In this document: positions 14,878 to 23,253 of the stretch, in pieces
Layout: each line of letters opens with the position of its first letter
Position numbering within the stretch: the first letter of the stretch is position 1
Assembly (NCBI GenBank): GCA_963973975.1
Contig: CAXBCF010000017.1
Span: 559 to 64,558, forward strand
Source: an uncultured Flavobacteriales bacterium
GTDB lineage: Bacteria > Bacteroidota > Bacteroidia > Flavobacteriales_E > Vicingaceae
DNA length: 64,000 nt
Direction: 5' to 3'
Notes under the pieces: model-generated
Database searches by the model: none
The model's input: only the letters and a program-made list of their open reading frames with translations
What the model was told of the DNA's origin: nothing
Position numbers and translations under genes: made by a program

Positions 14878-14910
14878 CTAGCCCACGATTTGATTGTGGG
14901 CTAGTTTTTT
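14878..14910 (+). terminator. Third hairpin with T-tract (likely katG terminator; structural homologue of 23254-23281)
   Basis: CTAGCCCAC-GATTTGATT-GTGGGCTAG followed by TTTTTT. Confidence 0.6.
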
Positions 14911-15020
14911 GCTATTATTTAATACGATGTCAACTTAACTTTATTCCACTTTTTCTTAACAGCTTCTAATTTACCACTAGAAAAAAGTAAATTAACCGTT
15001 TGAAATTAAGCAACAGAGGA

Positions 15021-18000
15021 ATGCAGATAAATAGATTGAACCCAAGAAAGGCATTAAACAAAGCCTTTTTGAAAGTAAAGCCGAACAGAACAGAAATTGA
15101 AGGGTTCAAAACGAATCTTATTCAATTGCTCGATAGAATCAATGACGCTGAATCTGAAGAATTTCATAAAAACTTGGTCAGTGATTTTCTCAAAAAAACC
15201 TATTACGAACCCAAGCACTTCATCAACACCAAAGGAAGAAACGATTTAGTAATTCACAATGGAGATAAAGCAAACAGCTCAGTTGGGGTAATTATAGAAG
15301 CAAAAAAATCGACTAACAAAAGTGAAATGGTGAAATCATTTGCTGAGAGCGATACGCCACAGCAAATAATTTCTAAGCTGAATACAAAGGCTTTTCAGGA
15401 ATTGGTGCTGTACTATTTGAGAGAACGAATAACGCACAAAAATCTTGAAGTAAAGCACCTGGTGATTACCAACATCAATGAATGGTTTGTTTTTGATGCG
15501 AGGTTATTCGATAGACTTTTTGCACAAAATAAAAGTTTGGTACAACAATTTAATGATTTTGAAGCCGGACGATTGGCAGATAATAAAACTGACTTTTTCT
15601 ACAAGCAAATTGCCGAACCATTTATTGCAGCGATTAATACCGAAATAGAATTTACTTATTTCAATCTTCAGGATTATCAGAAACCATTGAGAAATGACGA
15701 TAAAACGGATGACAATAAACTCATTGCACTTTTCAAATTACTTTCTCCTGAGCATTTACTGAAATTGCCATTTACTAATGACAGCAATAGCCTTGATAAA
15801 CGATTTTACAGCGAATTGTTGCACATAATTGGTTTAACGGAAACCAAAGAAGGAAGCAAAAAATTAATCAATCGCAACAAGGCTGGTGAAAGAAATTCGG
15901 GAAGCTTTTTAGAAGATGCAATCATTCAATTAGACAGTTTAGATAAAATTAGCCGCTTAGAAAAACCAAGTCAATTTGGCGATACGCAAGAAGAGCGATT
16001 GTTTAATGTGGCTTTAGAACTTTCCATTACTTGGATCAACAGAATTTTGTTTTTGAAATTGTTGGAGGCTCAATTAATTACCTACCACAAAGGCGATCTA
16101 TCGTATGCCTTTTTGAGTTTTGATAAAATCAAAAACTACGATGACTTGAATAGCTTGTTTTTTCAGGTTTTAGCAAAACAATACGATGAAAGAAATGAAG
16201 ATGTAAAACAAGTTTTTGAAAAAGTTCCTTACCTGAATTCATCCCTCTTTGAACCAACAGATATTGAGCATGCAACCTTGTTTATCAGTAACCTGAGAGA
16301 TGATAAAACTATTCCCATTATTTCATCAACAGTTCTAAAAAATGAGCAAGGGAAAAAGCGAACTGGAAGTTTATCTACGTTGGAATATTTGTTTGAATTT
16401 TTAAATTCCTATGATTTTAGCAGTGAAGGTTCTGAAGAAATTCAAGAAGACAATAAAACGCTGATCAATGCTTCGGTGCTCGGTTTGATTTTCGAGAAAA
16501 TTAATGGCTATAAAGATGGTTCGTTTTTTACACCTGGCTTTATTACCATGTACATGTGTCGTGAAACCATTCGAAAAGCAGTGATGCAAAAGTTTAAAGA
16601 AGCAGGTTTTCAACTTGCTGAAAGTGCTGAGCTTTCCGAAAATTTGAACGAAATCTACAACCAAATAAGCGACATTAAAAAAGCCAATGAAATTGTCAAC
16701 AGCATTAAAATTTGTGACCCTGCTGTTGGCTCGGGACACTTTTTGGTTTCGGCGCTCAATGAAATGATTGCAGTAAAAAATGATTTAAATATTTTGCAAG
16801 ACCGCGATGGAAAAAGGCTAAGAGACTATCATGTGGAAGTGGTGAACGACGAGTTGATTGTGACAGACGAAGAAGGAGAATTGTTTGACTACAAACCCAA
16901 CAACAAGGAAAGCCAACGCATACAAGAAACACTCTTTCACGAAAAGCAAACCATTATTGAAAACTGCTTGTTTGGAGTGGACATCAACCCCAATTCGGTG
17001 AAAATTTGCCGCTTGCGTTTGTGGATTGAGCTGTTGAAAAATGCCTATTACAAGAATGAAAAAGAGCTGGAGACTTTACCAAACATTGACATTAACATAA
17101 AATGCGGAAACTCTTTAGTAAGCCGTTTTGCCATTGATGCTGACATTAAAAAAGCCCTGAAAAAAAGTAAGTGGACCATTGATAGTTACCGCATTGCGGT
17201 GGCAACTTACCGAAATGCGCAAAACAAGGAGCAGAAAAGAGCAATGGAAAAACTGATTGCCGACATTAAATCGGATTTTAGAAGTGAAATTTCCATGAAT
17301 GACCCCAAGGCAAAGCGCTTGCGAAAATTGTCTGGTGATTTATTTCAGATGACTCAGCAAACACAGCTTTTTGAAATGAGCAAAAAAGAAAAAACCGCTT
17401 GGAACAAAACAGTAGCAAAACTAAGTGAAGACACTAAAAAGCTAGAAACCGAAATTGAGGTAATAAAAGCTAACAAGATTTTTGAAAATGCTTTTGAATG
17501 GCGTTTTGAATTTCCGGAAGTGCTGAATGATGACGGCGACTTTATGGGCTTTGATGTGGTGATTGGGAATCCACCTTATATAAGACAAGAAGAGTTTTCG
17601 GAACTAAAACCATATTTAAAAATCCATTTTGAAATCTATCATTCTTTAGCGGATTTACTTACTTATTTTGTAGAACTAAGTCATAATATTCTGAAGCAAA
17701 ACGGAGTATTTCAATTCATTATTTCAAGTAAATTTACGAGAGCTGGATATGGTAATGTTATGCGTAAGTTTTTATCTAAAAAAACAGAAATAACACACTT
17801 TATTGACTTTGGTGGCAAACCAGTTTTCGATGAAGCAACAGTAGATGCTGCGATTATTGGTTTCGTAAAACAACAGCCAACAAATGAAGGTACATTTGTT
17901 TTTAAAGAAGTTTTAAAAGAAGATAATGTCTCTTTAAATTTTGATAATTATATTAAAACTAATGCAAACCAATTTCCAATAAAAGCTCTAACAGAAGATG

Positions 18001-18833
18001 TTTGGAGTTTTGATAATCCCAAATGGCTTACGATTATTGATAAAATTAATAAAAATGGTATTCCTTTAAGTGAATGGAACATAACAATTAATTTTGGAAT
18101 TAAAACTGGCTACAATGCGGCATTCATAATTGATGAAGCAAAGAAAAATGAACTAATTGAAGCAGACTCGAAATCATTAGAAATTATAAAACCTTTACTA
18201 AGAGGTAGAGATATTCAAAAGTACGTTGCTGATAATGTAGTAAATTGGGTGATAGGAACATTTCCTAGTAAAAAATTAGATATTGAAGAATACGTAAGCA
18301 TTAAAAATTACCTAATAACTTTTGGAAAAACAATTCATCAAACTGGTGAAAAAGGTTCAAGAAAGAAAACATCTCATAAATGGTTCGAAACGCAAGACAA
18401 TATTGCATTTTGGCAAGATTTCGAAAAGCCAAAATTAGTATGGAAAAGAATTGGATCTTTACTTCGCTTTTGTTATGATGAGAGTGGTGCATACTGTCTA
18501 GACAGTACTTGTATAGCAACGGGTTCAAAAGTTAAATTTTTATCTGCTGTGCTTAATTCTAAAATGTGCAATAAAGAACTTTTTAGACTTTCGCCAAAAA
18601 CAGGGACAGGAGATTTGATAATCAGTGTACAAGCATTAAACCCATTAAGAGTTCCAATGCCAACGGAAAAGCAAGAAAATGAAATTTGTTCTATACTCGA
18701 TAAAATTATTGAAATCAAAAAACTAGACCCCACAGCCGACACCACGGCACTTGAAAAAGAAATCGACCAATTAGTTTATGCTTTGTATGATTTGTCGGAG
18801 GAGGAGATAAAGATTGTGGAAAATTCTAAATGA
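15021..18833 (+). CDS. Type IIG restriction-modification enzyme (fused PD-ExK endonuclease, gamma-class N6-adenine methyltransferase and TaqI-like specificity domain)
   Basis: N-terminal D82...E100-A-K102 (NDLVIHNG...VGVIIEAKK, numbering from the 15000 ORF). FFTPGFITMYM (motif X-like), ICDPAVGSGHFL (SAM motif I, 16716), NIKCGNSLV, and FDVVIGNPPY (motif IV, 17568). C-terminal FGIKTGYNAAFII and LLRGRDIQKY are typical of TaqI-like TRDs. I prefer ATG 15021 over the TTG at 15000. Confidence 0.85.
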   Translation: MQINRLNPRKALNKAFLKVKPNRTEIEGFKTNLIQLLDRINDAESEEFHKNLVSDFLKKTYYEPKHFINTKGRNDLVIHNGDKANSSVGVIIEAKKSTNKSEMVKSFAESDTPQQIISKLNTKAFQELVLYYLRERITHKNLEVKHLVITNINEWFVFDARLFDRLFAQNKSLVQQFNDFEAGRLADNKTDFFYKQIAEPFIAAINTEIEFTYFNLQDYQKPLRNDDKTDDNKLIALFKLLSPEHLLKLPFTNDSNSLDKRFYSELLHIIGLTETKEGSKKLINRNKAGERNSGSFLEDAIIQLDSLDKISRLEKPSQFGDTQEERLFNVALELSITWINRILFLKLLEAQLITYHKGDLSYAFLSFDKIKNYDDLNSLFFQVLAKQYDERNEDVKQVFEKVPYLNSSLFEPTDIEHATLFISNLRDDKTIPIISSTVLKNEQGKKRTGSLSTLEYLFEFLNSYDFSSEGSEEIQEDNKTLINASVLGLIFEKINGYKDGSFFTPGFITMYMCRETIRKAVMQKFKEAGFQLAESAELSENLNEIYNQISDIKKANEIVNSIKICDPAVGSGHFLVSALNEMIAVKNDLNILQDRDGKRLRDYHVEVVNDELIVTDEEGELFDYKPNNKESQRIQETLFHEKQTIIENCLFGVDINPNSVKICRLRLWIELLKNAYYKNEKELETLPNIDINIKCGNSLVSRFAIDADIKKALKKSKWTIDSYRIAVATYRNAQNKEQKRAMEKLIADIKSDFRSEISMNDPKAKRLRKLSGDLFQMTQQTQLFEMSKKEKTAWNKTVAKLSEDTKKLETEIEVIKANKIFENAFEWRFEFPEVLNDDGDFMGFDVVIGNPPYIRQEEFSELKPYLKIHFEIYHSLADLLTYFVELSHNILKQNGVFQFIISSKFTRAGYGNVMRKFLSKKTEITHFIDFGGKPVFDEATVDAAIIGFVKQQPTNEGTFVFKEVLKEDNVSLNFDNYIKTNANQFPIKALTEDVWSFDNPKWLTIIDKINKNGIPLSEWNITINFGIKTGYNAAFIIDEAKKNELIEADSKSLEIIKPLLRGRDIQKYVADNVVNWVIGTFPSKKLDIEEYVSIKNYLITFGKTIHQTGEKGSRKKTSHKWFETQDNIAFWQDFEKPKLVWKRIGSLLRFCYDESGAYCLDSTCIATGSKVKFLSAVLNSKMCNKELFRLSPKTGTGDLIISVQALNPLRVPMPTEKQENEICSILDKIIEIKKLDPTADTTALEKEIDQLVYALYDLSEEEIKIVENSK

Positions 18834-18908
18834 CAATAACGATTATCATGTCAGAAACACTTATCCTTTTGTTAAACTACACTTTAACGTTTTCATATAA
18901 TAAAAATT

Positions 18909-21900
18909 ATGGCTAGTCTTCAACAAATTCAGCAAGCTTTAATTAATATGAATGAGACACTTTTCGAAGAAATGTGTGGTATTTACTTATCTTACGAATT
19001 TCCCTTACATAGGTCTTTTAATCCCCAAAATCATAAAACAAAACAGAAAACAAAAAAGGGAACTCCAGATATTAGTTATAAGCTTCCCAATGAAGGTTAT
19101 TTATTTGCTCAAATAACAACTCAGGAAAATATTGGAAAAAGCCTAACAACAAAGTTGAAGAATGATATTAAAGAATGCTTCAATATTGAAAAAACTAAAA
19201 TTGAGATAGAGAAGATTAAGGAAATTGCTTTATGTTATAATGAACAAATAAAGCCTAGTGACGAAGAATTAATTAATGATTTTGCAAAAAAAGAATTTAA
19301 TATTGTTCCACATCATTTTGGGCTTAAGCGAATCGCAAAAGACATTCTCTTTAAATATCACTTCATTGGAAGAGAATACCTGAAACTAGAATTTGGTACT
19401 GGTCAGATAGTTTCTATCAAGCAGTTTATTAAAACTTATGAAAGCGGTGGTCAGAGTTTAGCTACTCCACTTAACAATCATTATCTTGAAAGGAATCAAG
19501 ATTTGCCAAACTTGATTGATTCCATTATCAATAATAATATTGTCATTATTCATGGAGTAGCAGGATCTGGTAAGTCAAAACTTGCTATAGAAGGGATTGA
19601 AAAGTTCATTGAAGAAGAAACTGAATATATTGATCTGGCACTTTTTCCTAATGGAGGTGACTTAATCCACGATCTCATTAGTGAAATAGATAATTCAAGG
19701 AAATATATTCTCTTTGTAGATGATGTTAATAGAATCGAGCAGTTTACATCTGTTTTAGCTCACTATAGAAAAGCAACCGAGAATAGCCTTAAATTAGTTT
19801 TAACAGTCAGAGATTATGCTTATTCTGAAGCAAAGTCAAAACTGCTAGGTCTTAAATATAGTGATATTCATACAGAAAGGTTTAGTGATGATGAAATTAG
19901 AGACTTAGTCGAAGCTGCACCTTTTAATATCAAGAATTCAAAATTTCGATTTAAAATATCATCAATAGCTAAAGGCAATCCACGACTAGCAATCATGACT
20001 GCAAAACTTGCCTTGGAACATCAAAAAATTGAAGCTTTAGATAACATTTTTGATCTATTCGACCAATATTTCACTTCTTTTATTTACGATAATGATATTT
20101 TAAATGAACCAATTAATTTAAAAGTATTAGGATTGCTTTCGTTCTTTAACAATATAGAACATGAAAAAGGAAGAGAAATTGAAAAACTATCTTCTAATTT
20201 CAATCTGGATGAAAACAAGATAGTTGATTCAATAGAAAAATTACACACACACGATCTTATTTTACTAAATTTTGGTTATGCAAAAATTGGTGAGCAAAAC
20301 CTTGCTACTTACTTCTATTACAAAGTCTTTATTAAAGATAAATTGTTATCAATAAACAATTTGTTGAAATATTATTTTTCAACTCATTCGAATAGATTTT
20401 CGGACAGTATAAAATCAATCATTGAGCATTTTGGAGTAGAAAGTTTAGGTACTGTAAAACCATTAATTAAAAAGTATTGGCAGGAACAAGATTTAGAGCT
20501 TCGTCAACGACTCAGTTTTCTTGATATTTTCAGACAGATCATACCAAATGATGTTTTAGTTTTTATTGAAAGCTATATTGAAAGTTTACCTAGTACCACA
20601 AACCCAATATTTAAAATAGAGGAAAATAATGACTCCGATCATTCCTTTATATACGAACCTAATGCTCTTCGTTTATTGTTTAGTTTTTATAATGACTTAA
20701 ACTATCTAGATGACGCTTTCCAACTATCTTTTTCATTAATAAAAAAGAAACCAGATTACTTTAATAAGTTAATCCAAAATTTGAAAGAAAAATTTGGAAA
20801 GAGCTTCAACGATGAGAAGTCCAAATTTGAGAGACAACATAAGCTAATTGATTATTTAATTGGTATGTCTAAAAAAGAAGAGGGGGACTTGTATAAGATT
20901 TCATTGATTGCCGTTTCACAAAGTATTTTATCTACTTTTAAATTGGATACTGAAGGTTTTAAAAGCGAAGACGTCAATGAAGATTTAGTTGATTCTATTA
21001 AGAGGATTAGGGAGAAGCTAAAGAGATTTTTATATGAAAATGTTGAAAATTTTAGTGAACCGATATTAGAAGTTTTGTTAGACAATACAATTAACAATGT
21101 TGCCATATCAAGAGAAACACACGAATTTGATCTAACTGTGACAACATCTCTAATGGCAGGTTGTCTTAATAGTAGTGACTTTAGACACTGTTTGCTAGTA
21201 CAAGAGGAGTGTTGGCTAATGAATAAATTGGGCTCATCCTCAAATGAACTGGAAAGTATAAAAATTCAGTTTTCACATTCTGCTTATGAAACCTTTATTA
21301 ATTTAAATAGAGAGCGTTTAAGGGGGAAGGTGGATTTTGAATTTGAAAACTCGGATGAGTTTGATAAATTAAAAACAACAGATCAAAAACAGTTTTTTCA
21401 TTTTAGAAGCACTAAGGAAGTTGACAATTTTATTGAACATTTGAGACTAATATTAAATTGGGATTTTCTTTCAAAACATAGTTTATATCAATTAAGACAG
21501 TCTATTTATATCATCTTAGAGGAAAACAATAGACAGAACCGAAAAATTGGATTTCATTTACTTTGTAAGTTAATTACTTTTTTTAACCTGAGAAAAGAAA
21601 CAATTGTTGATGCTTCTTTTTTTAAAATAATTTCTGACGAAAATGAAGTTTTAGAAAAGCTTTGGGAATATATAGTTTCTAATAATTTACAACCAATATG
21701 GAAGTTATTTGTGCTAGATTCAATTCCTGCATATAGAATTGAAAAAGTACATTATGATCGATTGATCAATACTATTTCTATCCAAAAAAATGATTGGTAC
21801 TCACTCAAGAATTTTGAAAAGTACTCTAATGTTGATTCTCAGGTAATAGAGAAAATCGTGAAACAAATAACTGATTTAAACGAGAAAGGTGGTGACTATA

Positions 21901-22640
21901 AAATATGGTTAGATAGAGAATTTCATCAAAATTTGGGAGAAAATAATCAGCTTGAGCTTGCTAAAGAGTCCTATCTTCAACAATACTTTATGAATAAACA
22001 TTTTGATCATGGAGGTAAAGCCTTATTATCAATTTTAGAAAAGGATAAAAAATTTCTAAACGTGTTATTAAGGAGTATTGTTGAAAGACAAATAAAGCTG
22101 AAAGCTATTGAGCACAGAGAGTTAAGTATTGTTTGGGAATTAGAAGGGGCAGAAGAAGTTATTGATAACGCTATTTTATTGATGGTTGAAATGAATACTA
22201 ATTATACAATAGGTGAAGATTTTATCAATACATTTTTTTATGAATCACATCTTCGTTCAGTGCAAGTAAACACATATTTATTAAATTTAATAAAGAAATA
22301 TTACTATAGAGTGGATGTAGTTAATATTGCTTTTAATGTAATAAACTACTCTAAAAAAGACTTATTTGATAAAGCATTCGTAACTTATTTAAGTATTAAT
22401 CAGTCAAAAGATGACTTTGAACAAATAGATTGGTTTGAAAATCAAATAATATATCCGGGTGGTGCTAAGGTTAGTAAGATAAAGATTAGCAAATGGCAGT
22501 ATTTACTCAATTTAGTTGAAGGTCATGAAAAACGGTTAGATTTAATTGAAATTAAAAGATTTATCAATAGCCAAATTGGACACCAAGAAAATTTTGCAGT
22601 CATTGAAGAGAGTTGGAATTTTTTAAAAGAAACATGGTAG
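18909..22640 (+). CDS. STAND-type P-loop NTPase, 1243 aa, with unassigned N-terminal (~165 aa) and C-terminal (~870 aa) regions
   Basis: Walker A IIHGVAGSGKSK (19554), Walker B YILFVDDV (19704-19727), LVLTVRD (sensor-1-like Arg) and a GxP-type motif AKGNPRLAIMTAKLA (19974) follow the order seen in NB-ARC/NACHT-like STAND ATPases. It sits 75 nt downstream of the Type IIG gene on the same strand. Confidence 0.75.
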   Translation: MASLQQIQQALINMNETLFEEMCGIYLSYEFPLHRSFNPQNHKTKQKTKKGTPDISYKLPNEGYLFAQITTQENIGKSLTTKLKNDIKECFNIEKTKIEIEKIKEIALCYNEQIKPSDEELINDFAKKEFNIVPHHFGLKRIAKDILFKYHFIGREYLKLEFGTGQIVSIKQFIKTYESGGQSLATPLNNHYLERNQDLPNLIDSIINNNIVIIHGVAGSGKSKLAIEGIEKFIEEETEYIDLALFPNGGDLIHDLISEIDNSRKYILFVDDVNRIEQFTSVLAHYRKATENSLKLVLTVRDYAYSEAKSKLLGLKYSDIHTERFSDDEIRDLVEAAPFNIKNSKFRFKISSIAKGNPRLAIMTAKLALEHQKIEALDNIFDLFDQYFTSFIYDNDILNEPINLKVLGLLSFFNNIEHEKGREIEKLSSNFNLDENKIVDSIEKLHTHDLILLNFGYAKIGEQNLATYFYYKVFIKDKLLSINNLLKYYFSTHSNRFSDSIKSIIEHFGVESLGTVKPLIKKYWQEQDLELRQRLSFLDIFRQIIPNDVLVFIESYIESLPSTTNPIFKIEENNDSDHSFIYEPNALRLLFSFYNDLNYLDDAFQLSFSLIKKKPDYFNKLIQNLKEKFGKSFNDEKSKFERQHKLIDYLIGMSKKEEGDLYKISLIAVSQSILSTFKLDTEGFKSEDVNEDLVDSIKRIREKLKRFLYENVENFSEPILEVLLDNTINNVAISRETHEFDLTVTTSLMAGCLNSSDFRHCLLVQEECWLMNKLGSSSNELESIKIQFSHSAYETFINLNRERLRGKVDFEFENSDEFDKLKTTDQKQFFHFRSTKEVDNFIEHLRLILNWDFLSKHSLYQLRQSIYIILEENNRQNRKIGFHLLCKLITFFNLRKETIVDASFFKIISDENEVLEKLWEYIVSNNLQPIWKLFVLDSIPAYRIEKVHYDRLINTISIQKNDWYSLKNFEKYSNVDSQVIEKIVKQITDLNEKGGDYKIWLDREFHQNLGENNQLELAKESYLQQYFMNKHFDHGGKALLSILEKDKKFLNVLLRSIVERQIKLKAIEHRELSIVWELEGAEEVIDNAILLMVEMNTNYTIGEDFINTFFYESHLRSVQVNTYLLNLIKKYYYRVDVVNIAFNVINYSKKDLFDKAFVTYLSINQSKDDFEQIDWFENQIIYPGGAKVSKIKISKWQYLLNLVEGHEKRLDLIEIKRFINSQIGHQENFAVIEESWNFLKETW

Positions 22641-22715
22641 TCAAGTTAAATGAATGTATAACATATACATCAGTCTTAAATATTAAGCTAAATGGATAAT
22701 CCATTCTAAACATAA

Positions 22716-22801
22716 CAAATTATCTCCATATCTCCATAGCCCGGGGTTTAAACCCCGGGCTATGGAGATACGAGGCGAAAACCAAACCGTTTCAACGGTT
22801 T
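22716..22801 (+). repeat. Double-hairpin REP-like repeat, copy B
   Basis: CTCCATAGCCCGGGGTTTAAACCCCGGGCTATGGAG (22732-22767), then the identical ATACGAGGCGAAAACCAAACCGTTTCAACGGTTT. An 8-nt tandem duplication TCTCCATA TCTCCATA lies at the left edge (22723-22738). Confidence 0.9.
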
Positions 22802-22816
22802 ATAAAACGATCAATT

Positions 22817-23251
22817 ATGCCGCATTCATACATTAAAATATGGATACATGCCATTTGGGCAACAAAAGAGAGAAAACCCTTGATTAACTCAACCATTGAG
22901 AAAAAGGTGTATCAGTTTATTTCTGATCAATTGCGTGAGCAGGGTTGTCCTGTTAGAATTATCAACGGAATGCCCGACCACATTCATTGTTTGTTTTTAT
23001 TAAGCCGACAAAAATCCATAGCAGAAGTTATAAAGCAGATAAAAGGCAGCAGTTCACATTTTATCAATCATAATAATCTAATCCCTGAAAAATTTTCATG
23101 GCAAACAGGATATGCCGCATATTCAGTTTCTGAGTCTATTGTTGAGAGGGTATTTAATTATATCAAAAAGCAAAAGGAGCATCACCAAAAACAAACATTT
23201 CTTCAAGAATATGAGGAATACATAAAATTATATGGGTTGGATAAAAATTAA
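22817..23251 (+). CDS. IS200-like Y1 transposase / REP-associated tyrosine transposase (RAYT)
   Basis: 144 aa with HUH motif PDHIHCLF (H55-I-H57, nt 22979) and C-terminal catalytic-Tyr helix VFNYIKKQKEHH (Y115, nt 23159). The gene is immediately flanked by palindromic repeats. Confidence 0.85.
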   Translation: MPHSYIKIWIHAIWATKERKPLINSTIEKKVYQFISDQLREQGCPVRIINGMPDHIHCLFLLSRQKSIAEVIKQIKGSSSHFINHNNLIPEKFSWQTGYAAYSVSESIVERVFNYIKKQKEHHQKQTFLQEYEEYIKLYGLDKN

Positions 23252-23253
23252 CT

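Noticed and set aside
15000-15020. TTG at 15000 as the start of the Type IIG gene.
   Set aside because: This is possible, but the ATG at 15021 yields the N-terminus MQINRLNPRKALNKAFLK, which looks like a natural start. I cannot decide this without homologue alignment.
15021-22640. Interpretation of the island as a BREX or DISARM locus, because the methylase is Eco57I/PglX-like.
   Set aside because: I found no PglZ, BrxC/PglY, BrxA/B/L, DrmA/B/C-like helicase or PLD genes. The methylase also carries an N-terminal PD-ExK nuclease motif, which fits a stand-alone Type IIG enzyme better.
22691-22705. Perfect 15-nt palindrome AATGGATAATCCATT downstream of the STAND gene.
   Set aside because: It is too short, with a 1-nt centre, to be a convincing terminator. 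It has no second copy in the window and could arise by chance in AT-rich DNA.
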